Assembly: GCA_038243585.1 (NCBI GenBank)
Contig: JBBSQY010000010.1
Span: 1-64,000 of the forward strand
Source of the DNA: Candidatus Sumerlaeales bacterium
Lineage (GTDB): Bacteria > Sumerlaeota > Sumerlaeia > Sumerlaeales > Sumerlaeaceae
Direction of reading: 5' to 3'
Length of the DNA stretch: 64,000 nucleotides
The notes beneath the pieces were generated by a model. It did no database searches, was not told where the DNA came from, and worked only from the letters and a program-made list of their open reading frames with translations. A program made the translations under genes and the position numbers. Each line of letters begins with the position of its first letter. Positions within the stretch are counted from its first letter, which is position 1. This document shows, piece by piece, positions 29,082 through 39,784 of the stretch.

Positions 29082-30512
29082 TTATACCTCCACCAACTCC
29101 CCGTCTACCTCAGGTTCCGACTCCCCCACCGCCACGCCAAACTTTTCCAGCCGGTAGCGCAGCGTTGCGCGGCTCATGCCAAGGAGTTTCGCCGCTCGGC
29201 TTTTGTTTCCGGCTGATCTGTCCAGCGCCTGCATTAACAGGTCTTTTTCATGCTCTTCCATGTTAAACCCAGCCGCCGGAATCAGGAACTTCCCACTGTT
29301 TCCTGCTTCTGCACCCATGCCTCCCCCGAACATCCCTGACCCGGTTACGAACGCAAGATCATCCTTTGTCAGCATGTCACCCTGAAGCAGAATCACCGCT
29401 CGCTCGATGGTGTTTTGCAGTTCCCGCACGTTTCCCTGCCAGCTGTTCGCCATCAGTAAGGTCTCGGCATCTTTAGCAATATCCGCGGGACGCCGTCCCA
29501 TCTCTCCGCAGAACTTCTTAAGGAAAAACCGCGCAAGCGGGATAATATCTTCGTGCCTGTCCCGCAGCGGAGGCAGATGAATTGGAAATACGTTTATCCG
29601 GAAAAACAGATCCTCTCGAAAGGTTCCCGCCCTCACCGCCCCACGCAAATCTTTATTTGTCGCGGCAATAAACCGCACGTCTGTCTTGATCGTCCGGTTG
29701 CCACCCACTCGCTGAAACTCCTGCTGCTCAATGGCCCGTAGCAGCTTCGCCTGCACGGAAATGTTCATTTCGCCGATTTCGTCCAGGAAAAGTGACCCGC
29801 CGTCCGCCTGTTCAAACTTGCCAATCTTCCGGTCTGTCGCACCCGTAAACGATCCCTTTTCGTGGCCAAAGAGTTCGCTCTCAAGCAGATTATCAGGAAT
29901 CGCGGCGCAGTTTATCGCCACGAATGGCTTATGCTTGCGCCCTCCGCTGTCATGGATCGCCCGCGTAATCAACTCCTTGCCGGTCCCACTCTCGCCGTAC
30001 ACCAGCACGTTTGCATTGCTGTTTGCCACCGCCCTCACGCAATCCAGCACCCGCTTCATGCTCGGCGCTTCCGCCACCATCCGGCCCACGTTCAGTTTTT
30101 CTGCCACGAGTTGACGCAGATTCCGGTTCTCGTCCATAATCCGGCCAAAACTCAGCGCCCGCTCGATGGAAACGTTCAACTTCGTCTCTTCGAACGGTTT
30201 CGTCACATAATCGATGGCTCCCGCCTGCATCGCCTCGACCGCGTTTTCAATGGAACCGAACGCAGTGATAACAATTACCGGCGTACATGGTGAATGCTCC
30301 TTGATCTTTTTTAACAGTGTCAGTCCGTCCATGTTCGGCATCCGCAAATCGGTAATAACGGCGTCGAAATGCCCCGCCTGAAAATGCTCCCAAGCCTCGG
30401 CACCATCCGGCGCCAGCGTCAGGTCATATCCCTGCGTGCTGAGCAGCATTTGCAGCAAACGCCGCAAGCGCTCCTCATCTTCAGCTATTAATATTCGTGC
30501 CTCTTGCGCCAT
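29082..30512 (-). CDS. sigma54-dependent response regulator (NtrC/AtoC family)
   Basis: Receiver domain (TDLRMP), GESGTGKE, ESELFGHEKGSFTGA, FREDLFFR and Fis-type HTH. Confidence 0.93.
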   Translation of the reverse strand: MAQEARILIAEDEERLRRLLQMLLSTQGYDLTLAPDGAEAWEHFQAGHFDAVITDLRMPNMDGLTLLKKIKEHSPCTPVIVITAFGSIENAVEAMQAGAIDYVTKPFEETKLNVSIERALSFGRIMDENRNLRQLVAEKLNVGRMVAEAPSMKRVLDCVRAVANSNANVLVYGESGTGKELITRAIHDSGGRKHKPFVAINCAAIPDNLLESELFGHEKGSFTGATDRKIGKFEQADGGSLFLDEIGEMNISVQAKLLRAIEQQEFQRVGGNRTIKTDVRFIAATNKDLRGAVRAGTFREDLFFRINVFPIHLPPLRDRHEDIIPLARFFLKKFCGEMGRRPADIAKDAETLLMANSWQGNVRELQNTIERAVILLQGDMLTKDDLAFVTGSGMFGGGMGAEAGNSGKFLIPAAGFNMEEHEKDLLMQALDRSAGNKSRAAKLLGMSRATLRYRLEKFGVAVGESEPEVDGELVEV

Positions 30513-30514
30513 AG

Positions 30515-31651
30515 CTATTTCCCTTCCGTGACAGGCAAAAGTATTTCTATAACCACGCCGGGTTTATCCTCGTTGTTGCACGCGCTGATCTTTCCACGAT
30601 GGCTTGTGATGATCTGATGCACGATGGAAAGCCCGAGACCGGTGCCTGCGGACTTGGTCGTAAAAAAAGGATCGAAAATTTTGTCTATGTCCTCCTGACG
30701 AATGCCCTGTCCGTTATCCATGAACCGGATGCGAATACATTTGTCTGCGACATCCGCCCGAATAGCCAACACTCCTCCACGGGGACAGGCGTGTTCAGCA
30801 TTGATGATCAGATTGAGAAAAACCTGGTGCAGCAGGTCTGGGTCAGCCTGGGTGAAAGGCAGGTGCGAACACATTGGAGGCTGCACGTGAAATTGCTTGT
30901 TACGGGCTGCACCCTGATAACTGTTGGCCACTTTGCGGATGATATCGCCCACGTCCACAGCTTCTCGCATGAGCGGCTTTGGTCGGGCAAACGCCAGAAA
31001 GTATTTCATCCGCTCGTCAAGACGACGCACTTCATCTTTAATGTAGCTTGCGGCCTCTCGACGCTGCTCTTCGGGGCGCTTTTCGTTCAGCACAATTTCT
31101 ACGCTGGACATTAGAATACCTAGCGGATTTTTGATCTCATGTGCAATTCCGCTTACCAGAGAACCCAGCATCACAAGGTTCCGATTCTCGATCAGCTCAT
31201 CTTCCAGCCGTTTCCGCTCCTCGTTGTCGCGAATCGCGTCCAAATCCGGGTCAGAAAGCGTAACCGCGAAAACAGGTGGCATACCTCCACATGTACATTC
31301 ATCATATCTTAAGCTAGTGATGCGGACGTGGGTTCGCTTGCCCAGATGATTCAGGAAAAACTTTGCTGGTTCAGGGCTATTCGAAGTCGAGAGCTCAGCA
31401 AAAATTTCTCGAACCTTAATAAAGTTTACATCCGGAAATGTCTCAGTCACAAATGTTTCAAGTTCAATGATGCCGTCAGAATCGCAGTTGCTGTAACGTG
31501 CCCGAGCTTCCGGATTGGCATATAGGACAGTTAAATTGGGAGAAGAGACTAGCAGGGTCGAGTCAGAAAGACCTGCCACAAAACTCAGCAGATCAGGCGA
31601 TACCTGATTTTCCACAGTCTTCGCGCCGTGGTTGCCGGTGCCGGTTACCAT
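30515..31651 (-). CDS. cytoplasmic sensor histidine kinase (PAS-like N-terminus)
   Basis: AHEIKNPL H-box, NLIINA, DNGQG, FDPFFTTK and GTGLGL; no TM segment; GAGGG RBS before ATG 31651. Confidence 0.9.
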   Translation of the reverse strand: MVTGTGNHGAKTVENQVSPDLLSFVAGLSDSTLLVSSPNLTVLYANPEARARYSNCDSDGIIELETFVTETFPDVNFIKVREIFAELSTSNSPEPAKFFLNHLGKRTHVRITSLRYDECTCGGMPPVFAVTLSDPDLDAIRDNEERKRLEDELIENRNLVMLGSLVSGIAHEIKNPLGILMSSVEIVLNEKRPEEQRREAASYIKDEVRRLDERMKYFLAFARPKPLMREAVDVGDIIRKVANSYQGAARNKQFHVQPPMCSHLPFTQADPDLLHQVFLNLIINAEHACPRGGVLAIRADVADKCIRIRFMDNGQGIRQEDIDKIFDPFFTTKSAGTGLGLSIVHQIITSHRGKISACNNEDKPGVVIEILLPVTEGK

Positions 31652-31894
31652 ACAATTTCCCTCAAAAGTTCGGTGTATATTTTTACCATTCCAAACATGG
31701 CTTAATTCAGCCACACAGCCTTACCGATGTGTATCCTTTTAACCCATCAGCGCAGTATTCCCGGCAAGATCTGCTATGGATCAAATTGATGACATCAGCG
31801 CCCTGAATCATCGAAAGTAACATCTTCCCCACCTCTACCTCGTTCAATAAATTTTCCGATTGACCCTGCAGTCGCCGCACGTAAGCAGATACTT

Positions 31895-32671
31895 ATGACA
31901 AGCGTAATAATCAGCGGCCCGTTTGGGCGTATGGGTCAGGCTCTATGCCGCCTCGCGCGCGAACATAGTGACATGAACCTACTAGGCGGGTTAACCGCGT
32001 CAGAAGCAAGTCCGAGCGCCACGGCTATCCATGATTTGGCTCTGTATATAAATATGGCCAGCATTCCGGTCCATCAGCGCCCGTATGTGGTTATTGATTT
32101 TACGGAACCCGGCGCGACTCTATCCCGTCTTAAAGAGGCCGTAGAGTTCAATATCCCCGTCGTCATCGGCACGACCGGATTCTCATCCGATCAGTTAACA
32201 GAAATTAGCGAACTCAGCTGTAAAATTCCCATCCTACTCTCAGCCAATATGAGCCTCGGGATTAACCTGCTCCTCGATATGGTGGAGAACCTGGCTGGCC
32301 GCCTGACCGAATATGACATAGAAATAACAGAAACCCACCATCGCCTGAAAAAGGACGCCCCCAGCGGCACTGCGCTGGCCTTGGCCGGAGCCGCCGCCGC
32401 TGGTCGTAACGCCAGCCTCAACGACATTGCTGTCCACGGACGCACCGGTCTTACGGGCACGCGTCCACCCGGAGAAATAGGAATTCACGCCATACGTGGC
32501 GGCGACGTTGTTGGTGACCACACCGTGCTGTTCGCCGGGTTGGGCGAGAGGATCGAACTAACTCACAAAGCAAGCAGCCGAGACACCTTCGCCAACGGTG
32601 CCCTCTTTGCTGCCCGCTTCCTAGCTACCCAGTCCCCCGGTCTGTATACCATGAAAGACGCCTTAGCTTAA
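31895..32671 (+). CDS. dapB: 4-hydroxy-tetrahydrodipicolinate reductase
   Basis: GRMG, IDFT, VIGTTG, ETHHRLKKDAPSGTA and RGGDVVGDH motifs. Confidence 0.95.
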   Translation: MTSVIISGPFGRMGQALCRLAREHSDMNLLGGLTASEASPSATAIHDLALYINMASIPVHQRPYVVIDFTEPGATLSRLKEAVEFNIPVVIGTTGFSSDQLTEISELSCKIPILLSANMSLGINLLLDMVENLAGRLTEYDIEITETHHRLKKDAPSGTALALAGAAAAGRNASLNDIAVHGRTGLTGTRPPGEIGIHAIRGGDVVGDHTVLFAGLGERIELTHKASSRDTFANGALFAARFLATQSPGLYTMKDALA

Positions 32672-32675
32672 ATCT

Positions 32676-32708
32676 AAAGTCAGAAACGGATTTTCCTTTT
32701 CTGACTTT
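32676..32708. terminator. hairpin/terminator between convergent dapB and S55 genes
   Basis: AAAGTCAGAAA...TTTCTGACTTT inverted repeat followed by T-rich sequence. Confidence 0.55.
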
Positions 32709-32744
32709 TGCTTTTCGCAGTGATATCGTGCCATTCTGTTAAAC

Positions 32745-34853
32745 TTACTTCCGCTCCACCTTTAGCTTCGTGCCCGCCGTCCCGCTCACTTCATACGTTG
32801 TCGCCACATCCGCATCCACAACGAAATTCCCACGAACTGGGTCAAAATACTCTCCGTCTACCGTATCTTGAATCAGACTTATAACGCGGCCTGGCAGCTT
32901 CGGCATTTCGCTGCCACTCACTGATACCCCGGTATCCTGATCGACCAGAGATATATAAACCCTGTTCTCTGCAAAGTTCTCGCGGACCTTCCGCAACACA
33001 TCGCCGAAATTGAGCAGCTTCTCTCCACCAGGATTTCGCTTTGCCTCGACCGACTGCCGTGCTGCCGCGTCACTAATAACAATGTCATACTCGCCGTCCG
33101 GCAGGCCCACCGGTATATCAAACGAGTAAGTCATCCGAACCGGCTCCTGTCGAAACGGACGCAGCAACCACTCAACGGTCGCCCTCTCTCCTGGCCGGTA
33201 GACATCTTTTTCCATAATTGATGACTCAATCTTTGCCTGACGAAGCCGATCCATCACGCGCATCTCAAAAGAAAATTCTTCTACTCCGACAGGCTTGAAC
33301 GGGTTATTCATTAAAATACCCGTATCGGCCATAGCTCCGAAAACGGCCATTAAGGTTCCGTTTGCGTCAGAGCTATAGTTTTCAGCTGACACGGTCGTGC
33401 CGTCATCCAGTTTTATAGAGTAAGAATAAAGCGCGGCGGAATCTCCACCCGTCCGCGCAGCGGTTCCAATGCTCTCCAGTAACGTGGTTAAAACCAGCCC
33501 AGGCGACATTCCCCGATCATTCCACACCCGATAATTAAACTCCCGCTTTCCCTGATAGTGCGGGTCGCTAATAGTCGCAATCACCGGAAACATCTTTGCC
33601 GTCTGCCCAAATAATCCGCCAATGGCCGGCAGACGATCTTCGCGAACCATGCCAATTTGGCCTACCGACTCTCCCAGCTTGAAAGGTTTTGTTCGGCTTC
33701 TGACAATATCGGTAATGCGTGCAGCTGCCATGGGACAGTATACGGTTCCGTTTTGGAACATAGGGTGTCCAAAAGCGATCAACCGATTACCGTTACGCCA
33801 AGTCACCGTCCCCACTCCGGCCATGTTCATATCTCCTTCCACAAACGGAATGGCCAGGCTGGACCCGCCAACAATGGAATCAGAGAGTTCCTGAAGATTT
33901 TCAACAGGCCCGCCGGGAGCATTTCTCGCCAGAGTTGACGGTATAACGAAATCGGTCGCGGTCATTGCCTGCGCCTCCTGCCCGGTGGATACCACGTTAA
34001 GGCTCGGAAAAACCGAAGCGGCCAGCTGCGACGTCAACGAATGCTGGGAACTGATATATGCCGGAGCCGAAAGCGGCACTAATGTAAAAGAATCCGGCAG
34101 GTTATACTGCTGCGCAATCCCGGATTCGAAGTCCGACCTGCGGACCTGCAACGGCTGAACACTTTGCCCCGGCATTGCCACCCGCTTTAAATTCTCCATG
34201 GATGGATCCAGTTTGAGTGCCATAAAATTATCAAAGGATCCGAAGCCTCCACCCGCTACAGAATCGTCCGGTTCCTGTGCCGGGATTACAGGCGTGCTGT
34301 TGTAGACACCCAACATCGCCTCTATGGGCGTCACCCCCGCCAGCGGATCGTCCACATCAGTAAAGCCGTATGCCACGGCACCGATTAACTTACCATCCAT
34401 ATACACCGGGCTACCGCTCATGCCGGCTACAACGCCAATGCCGACCAGATGTGGGGATGTCAGGCGGCACATGATGATGTCCGTTCCCGCCAGCATTCGA
34501 TGTCTCACGCCGATAACTTCCGCTTCAAAACGCTCTGGCTCAAATCCGCTAAATACCGACATGCCGTAGCCCTTCATGCCGGGTCTGATGTCGGAAATGC
34601 GCATCATGGTTGCCTCATCGAAAGGCGTGGCCGAAACACTACCGGTTGTTTCTGGATATGTTATGGGCAAGCTTTCGGAGCTTAGCCCAGTGTCGCGATA
34701 CGAAAAATCCGGGTCAGGTGTCCGCGCATCCCTCACCACCGCAGTGGTTGCGATGTCATGGGCCTCACCTTCCACGGGTATTGTTTGCGCAACAACGCCA
34801 TTAACACCTGAAAATATAACCAAAGGCAAAACAAAATACCAGACCAAATTCAT
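32745..34853 (-). CDS. secreted SpoIVB peptidase S55 domain protein
   Basis: Signal peptide; IRPGMKGYG, GVVAGMSGSPVY..GKLIGAVAY, GTVT and AFGHP motifs. Confidence 0.85.
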   Translation of the reverse strand: MNLVWYFVLPLVIFSGVNGVVAQTIPVEGEAHDIATTAVVRDARTPDPDFSYRDTGLSSESLPITYPETTGSVSATPFDEATMMRISDIRPGMKGYGMSVFSGFEPERFEAEVIGVRHRMLAGTDIIMCRLTSPHLVGIGVVAGMSGSPVYMDGKLIGAVAYGFTDVDDPLAGVTPIEAMLGVYNSTPVIPAQEPDDSVAGGGFGSFDNFMALKLDPSMENLKRVAMPGQSVQPLQVRRSDFESGIAQQYNLPDSFTLVPLSAPAYISSQHSLTSQLAASVFPSLNVVSTGQEAQAMTATDFVIPSTLARNAPGGPVENLQELSDSIVGGSSLAIPFVEGDMNMAGVGTVTWRNGNRLIAFGHPMFQNGTVYCPMAAARITDIVRSRTKPFKLGESVGQIGMVREDRLPAIGGLFGQTAKMFPVIATISDPHYQGKREFNYRVWNDRGMSPGLVLTTLLESIGTAARTGGDSAALYSYSIKLDDGTTVSAENYSSDANGTLMAVFGAMADTGILMNNPFKPVGVEEFSFEMRVMDRLRQAKIESSIMEKDVYRPGERATVEWLLRPFRQEPVRMTYSFDIPVGLPDGEYDIVISDAAARQSVEAKRNPGGEKLLNFGDVLRKVRENFAENRVYISLVDQDTGVSVSGSEMPKLPGRVISLIQDTVDGEYFDPVRGNFVVDADVATTYEVSGTAGTKLKVERK

Positions 34854-35060
34854 AGAAAACCTTTCGGAAGGCAGTAACTTTCTCTGCCTCTTACGTCCCT
34901 TTGCATGTTTGCTTTTTGTAATATCTAATCTTTAGGCTTGCTTCCCATTAAACTTAACGCGCTCATCCAAACCTTATGGACTGGAAACCGCTCACTAGTG
35001 GCGACCGCGTCCACCGGATATAACAAACCCTATTTGATACGTAGATTGCTCCTTTTGTTC

Positions 35061-35789
35061 ATGCTGATGACTCAGAATCGAAAAACGTTTAATAAGCAGT
35101 GTCTTAATGCTCTGGCTGCTCTGGCGATTGTTTCATTTTCTGCCTGCGCGACGCAGAGAAAACCTGTCCCTGCGACGGACCTGCATGGTCATCAACGCGC
35201 CCGATTTGACATACCTGAAAATCGCCCTGCTCCCTCAACCGTTCCCTATGGGAAAACGGACTGGACCGCCGTAACAACCGCTCTCGGTGGCGCCGGCAAA
35301 AAAGCAGCGGATCTCACTCTTCAGGCTGGCGGGTACGGTAAAGCGGCGTGGGCCGGCACCGGCGGAAAAATCGTTGATCTCGCAGCTGGTAAGATTGTAA
35401 CAGACCGACCCGGTGTCAGCAGCACTTGCGGATACGCCTGGCCTACAAATGGAAAAATCTCCCGCGGTTTCCGTCCGTCGGACAATCATAAAGGCCTGGA
35501 CATTACGAACGAAATTGGAACCCCGATTTTCGCGGCTCGTGCCGGTAAAGTGATCTATGCCAGCAACGAGCTTTCCGGATTTGGCAACTGCATCATCATA
35601 CAGCATGATCCAATTTGGACGACCTTCTATGCCCACAATGATCAGAATCTGGTGCAACCCGGAGACGTCGTTCAGTGTGGGCAACTTATCGCAGAGCTTG
35701 GCCAGACTGGACGCGCAAGCGGTCCGCATCTGCATTTCGAGATCCGGCAAGACGGAACTCCGCTTGATCCTCACCCGATGCTACCATAA
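35061..35789 (+). CDS. M23 family peptidase lipoprotein
   Basis: Lipobox FSAC; WPTNG, HKGLDI, YAHN and GPHLHFE motifs; start uncertain. Confidence 0.88.
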   Translation: MLMTQNRKTFNKQCLNALAALAIVSFSACATQRKPVPATDLHGHQRARFDIPENRPAPSTVPYGKTDWTAVTTALGGAGKKAADLTLQAGGYGKAAWAGTGGKIVDLAAGKIVTDRPGVSSTCGYAWPTNGKISRGFRPSDNHKGLDITNEIGTPIFAARAGKVIYASNELSGFGNCIIIQHDPIWTTFYAHNDQNLVQPGDVVQCGQLIAELGQTGRASGPHLHFEIRQDGTPLDPHPMLP

Positions 35790-35913
35790 TTTAAATGACT
35801 GCTAGTCTTGTTCGTGGATCCAACAGATTACTCCAATTCTTACAAATCATAAGCGGTGTGCGACATTCCTGAAAAACGACTATAAAAAGTCAATCCAGAG
35901 CCGAAAGACCTAA

Positions 35914-37434
35914 TCAGGAATCCGCAGGCTCCACCCATATTTCAGCAATGGCAAGACCGACGTCTCGCCCATCGCTGCGGGCAGGCTGAGCATTCAGCAG
36001 GCCCGGCTGCATAATACAAAGCTCTACAACTGGGGATTTGATTTTTTCAAGGGGCAAACTGATCTTTTGCCATCCATCATATGCCAACAGAAGTGGATAC
36101 TCAGTGCCGTTCAAGAAAAACTTGGGTGAAGGTGTGTGAGTTTTCGCCGCGGTGGCATTATAAGAGATGGACAGCCTTGTAGAAGGGCCATTGTTTTTTA
36201 TATAAAACACCGCAGCGGTCAGGAGATAGCGGGCAGTCGTTCCTTCTACAGTCTCAGCGCCACGTACACCTCGAACTACCATTCGATTTATAGCGTTGGC
36301 TGTAAGATCAAGATGGGTGGTGTGATGCCGGGCCGGCAGATAATCCCTAACGGCGGCAGCGGCATTGGAGGGGGCATCGGGAAGAGATACAAGTAAATCG
36401 GACATAGGAATTGCTGGGACATCGGTCGGAATTATTGCAGGTTTTAGTTGGCGTTTTACGCCGCTCTTTATCGCATAAAGATTCATACATCCTGCGGTGA
36501 AATCCAAAAGACGCGCAATTCTTCCTTTTACAAGCCGAGTGCTGAGCCGACGATTAAGATCAAATCCAATTTTCAGGCGCTGTTGTAAACGGTTGATGCG
36601 GTGTCCAAAACAAATGAAATAGCATTGGACCTGAATGTCGTGAAAACCGGCTGCCCGCAGTGCTTTATGATACCGCCGGAAATACGGACGTGTCTCATGC
36701 ATTCCCTCTTCATAATCAAGATCCCCCTGCTGATACTCTGCAGGGTCATCAATAATACTGGCCAACGGCTCTGAAATGAGTAAAAGTTGACCGTTTGGAC
36801 GAAGAACCCGACTTGCTTCCCTCATAAACTGGTTCAGATCAAACAAATGATGCGCTACCGCGCGCAAAACGACGCAATCAAATGAACTATCGGGAAACGG
36901 AATATTATCACCGTCCGCAATTGCACGATGAAACGCAGGGTCTGGGATTGGTTGTCCGGTAAGGCGCTCGCTGAAACTAAGATCAGTTGGGAGATTAAAC
37001 GTCATCCAGCGAACATCATAGTGCAGATCATACATGTTTAGGTCTATTGCATATACATCCGCCCCAAGCTCCGTTAACTTATGGGCGACTTCACCACATC
37101 CTGCGCCCACGTCGAGTATTTTCGGATTTTTGGAAAAATCAATTCGGCTACAGGCCTGGTCAAAATAGGTGACCAAATTTTCAAATATAACTGCGCTCGT
37201 ATCCTCATGCGGGGCTAGACGGTCTCGCTCAATAGCACCGGACTTAACCTTACGGCAGAAATCGCGGTAGAGCAAAACTTCCCTTAACTTAAGATACCAA
37301 TCTTGTCCATATGCGACAAGGTAGGGCACACCGTCACGGACGGGATAAGTTAATTTGCAAGCAGCACAATATAAGGCAGCGTCGCCCGATTCAAGCTCGC
37401 CGGTGCACCGGGGGCATACATAAGGCAGGGTCAT
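35914..37434 (-). CDS. class I SAM-dependent methyltransferase with N-terminal Trm112-like Zn knuckle
   Basis: CPRC..C..C..YPVRDGVP; LDVGAGCG; PFPDSSFD; RVLRPNG motifs. Confidence 0.85.
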   Translation of the reverse strand: MTLPYVCPRCTGELESGDAALYCAACKLTYPVRDGVPYLVAYGQDWYLKLREVLLYRDFCRKVKSGAIERDRLAPHEDTSAVIFENLVTYFDQACSRIDFSKNPKILDVGAGCGEVAHKLTELGADVYAIDLNMYDLHYDVRWMTFNLPTDLSFSERLTGQPIPDPAFHRAIADGDNIPFPDSSFDCVVLRAVAHHLFDLNQFMREASRVLRPNGQLLLISEPLASIIDDPAEYQQGDLDYEEGMHETRPYFRRYHKALRAAGFHDIQVQCYFICFGHRINRLQQRLKIGFDLNRRLSTRLVKGRIARLLDFTAGCMNLYAIKSGVKRQLKPAIIPTDVPAIPMSDLLVSLPDAPSNAAAAVRDYLPARHHTTHLDLTANAINRMVVRGVRGAETVEGTTARYLLTAAVFYIKNNGPSTRLSISYNATAAKTHTPSPKFFLNGTEYPLLLAYDGWQKISLPLEKIKSPVVELCIMQPGLLNAQPARSDGRDVGLAIAEIWVEPADS

Positions 37435-37694
37435 GTTCGCATTGTATTGCAGTTATCGTTTTAAAATTCCCACAGCACTTCCCTTCTTTGGCGTTCGGGT
37501 TGGATATTACCCGACCGGAGAAAATCCAAATGCTTATCCCTAATCTTGGAAACCGTTGAAATCCCGCTCTTCTAGCGACCGCGTCAGCTGTAAAGTAACA
37601 CGAAGACAATTCCTCCCGTGCCCGGCATACGATGCTAATGATTTATGTATGACGATTGTAACATTCTTTAACTCGTTATGTAGCACCAATTCTC

Positions 37695-39026
37695 ATGGAC
37701 CCTGCCCAAATAAGGCGCGGATGGACTCTTCCCAAGTCTTTAAGCGCCCTACAATATCCCAATTACCGGCTGTTTATCAGCGGGCAAATCGTTTCTCTTA
37801 CCGGTGCCTGGATACAAAACACTGCCCTTAGCTGGCTCGTATATAACTTATTAACCCAAAGCAGCTTTTATCTAGGTCTACTTAATTTCGCCGCCCAAAT
37901 CCCGATCCTGATACTCGGATTAGTTGCGGGTGCCGTCGCCGATTCCACTAACCGCCGTCGCCTGCTAATCTGGACCGAGTCGCTGTTTATGCTGGAATCT
38001 TTTGCTCTCGCCTGGCTTACTCTCACCCACAATATCGACGGTATTCCGCTTATTACTTTCGGGTCAGCCCTCGGCCTCGCCACCTTCAGCGGAGTGCTAC
38101 ACGCTTTCGACCTCCCGGCCCGGCAGGCTTTTCTGTTGGAAATGGTGCCGCGACATCAGCTTCAAAACGCGATCGCCCTCAACAGCCTCACTTTCAACTG
38201 TGCCCGCATTATCGGCCCCAGCATTGCCGGCGTTTTAATAGCGCAAATGGGACAGCTCCGCCCTAACCAGAAAGGGTTTGGCGAAGGTATGTGTTTTCTC
38301 ATCGGCGCTCTGTCTATCAGCGCAGTTCTTTATAGTCTCTTCAGGATGAACATAAAATCTGTTCCTAGCCCGCCCGTTACTGATAGCCGGTTTAAGTATC
38401 TGACAGACGGGTTTCGTTATGTGCGCCATCAGCCTCACGTCCGGGCCCTGATGCTCCATTTGATGGCGATGGCGTTTTTTGGCATTCCATATTTGATTAT
38501 AATGCCTGTCTACGCGAGAGAAGTCCTGCTCGGGTCGGCCAACGTATACGGCTCGCTCATGACCGCCGTTGGAATCGGGGCAGTGTGCGGCGGAGTTCTG
38601 ATGACTCGCAGGCGCAGCATCAAAGGTATGGGGTCGCACATGAGCAGATGCGTGTTTGGTTTCACTCTCGCACTTCTGCTTTTGTCATTCAACTCAAGCT
38701 TTGTAATTGCGCTTGGCCTTCTAGCCATCGCCGGATTTTTTATGGTCATGGCCATGATCGGCAGCCAGACCCTCGTTCAAACTCTCATTCCCGAAGATAT
38801 TCGGGGCCGCGTCATGAGTATTTACACAATGATATCCGTCGGATGTCTGCCCTTGGGCAGCCTGCTTAGTGGAGCTGTAGCTGAACAGTACGGAGTTCGC
38901 TGGATGCTCGCCGGCAACGCCGTAATATGTGCTCTCTCCACCACCTACTTCACATGGCGACTGCCCGTACTGCGAAAGCACGCTATGGCCACGTCCGAAT
39001 ACCGGGCTGCCATAGGCGCCGACTAA
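37695..39026 (+). CDS. MFS transporter
   Basis: About 12 hydrophobic segments; YRLFISGQIVS, AFDLPARQA, ARIIGPSIAG and RGRVMS motifs. Confidence 0.9.
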   Translation: MDPAQIRRGWTLPKSLSALQYPNYRLFISGQIVSLTGAWIQNTALSWLVYNLLTQSSFYLGLLNFAAQIPILILGLVAGAVADSTNRRRLLIWTESLFMLESFALAWLTLTHNIDGIPLITFGSALGLATFSGVLHAFDLPARQAFLLEMVPRHQLQNAIALNSLTFNCARIIGPSIAGVLIAQMGQLRPNQKGFGEGMCFLIGALSISAVLYSLFRMNIKSVPSPPVTDSRFKYLTDGFRYVRHQPHVRALMLHLMAMAFFGIPYLIIMPVYAREVLLGSANVYGSLMTAVGIGAVCGGVLMTRRRSIKGMGSHMSRCVFGFTLALLLLSFNSSFVIALGLLAIAGFFMVMAMIGSQTLVQTLIPEDIRGRVMSIYTMISVGCLPLGSLLSGAVAEQYGVRWMLAGNAVICALSTTYFTWRLPVLRKHAMATSEYRAAIGAD

Positions 39027-39099
39027 CCACCTCGTAACATTACCGCAATCATGCCCCATCTCAAGCTGCGAGTTGCAGCTCAGGGTTTAGTGTATCAGG

Positions 39100-39693
39100 C
39101 TATTTACCAACATATCCGCCAGCACCTGTAACCATACCGCCTACGCCCTGGACGCCACCGCCTGCCAACGCAGCGCCCGGTTGTCCGGCATACGGATCAA
39201 CACCGACCCCACCGCCAAAACCAACTCCCGGTGCGCCCGGGATAACCCCCTGAGGGGCCGCTGGCTGCTTGTTCGCAATCGAGTTTTTTAGCTGTAGTGA
39301 AACCGCTGCCTGCCCTTTAACCTTCTCCTCATATGCTTCCGCAAGTTCTTCGAGCGTGTTCGGACCCGCAGGCGCTCCAGCGGGTGCAGAGGCTATTGGA
39401 TGCAACCTCGTAACCGCTACTGCCGGCACATAGCCAATCTCGCCGTTAAAAGCCAGCGTTACTATCTGACCATTCGATCCAAACGCTAAAAAGCGGCTAT
39501 CCACCGGCAATGCACCAATAACCTGGTTTGTAGCCAGCGACTGCACTGCAATGGGTGAGCCAGGTGATTGCGCCATGGAAACCACCGTCTGCCATATCGG
39601 TTTACCATGTACAGGCACCGCCGCGAGCTCCTGGGCTACAGCAACAGAGGCCAATATTGAACAAACTGTAATACCGATAATTGCTTTTTTCAC
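39100..39693 (-). CDS. secreted hypothetical protein (possible SH3b-like domain, Gly/Pro-rich tail)
   Basis: Signal peptide ending AVA-Q; FNGEIGYVP; GGAG RBS before GTG. Confidence 0.6.
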   Translation of the reverse strand: MKKAIIGITVCSILASVAVAQELAAVPVHGKPIWQTVVSMAQSPGSPIAVQSLATNQVIGALPVDSRFLAFGSNGQIVTLAFNGEIGYVPAVAVTRLHPIASAPAGAPAGPNTLEELAEAYEEKVKGQAAVSLQLKNSIANKQPAAPQGVIPGAPGVGFGGGVGVDPYAGQPGAALAGGGVQGVGGMVTGAGGYVGK

Positions 39694-39784
39694 GCCAGAT
39701 ACTCCATGCTAAAAATCATAATATTACTACCATCAACCATCAAAGAAAACACAAAGCCAGAAAAAAGCAGTTATTAACTCCGGA

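Noticed and set aside
29082..31894. Sigma54 -24/-12 promoters as targets of the NtrC-family regulator
   Set aside because: No correctly spaced TGGCAC-N5-TTGC was found in the intergenic regions inspected by eye
37435..37694. 260-nt spacer with a hairpin (TCGGGT...ACCCGA) as a possible ncRNA
   Set aside because: No recognisable riboswitch or sRNA consensus; compatible with an ordinary divergent promoter region
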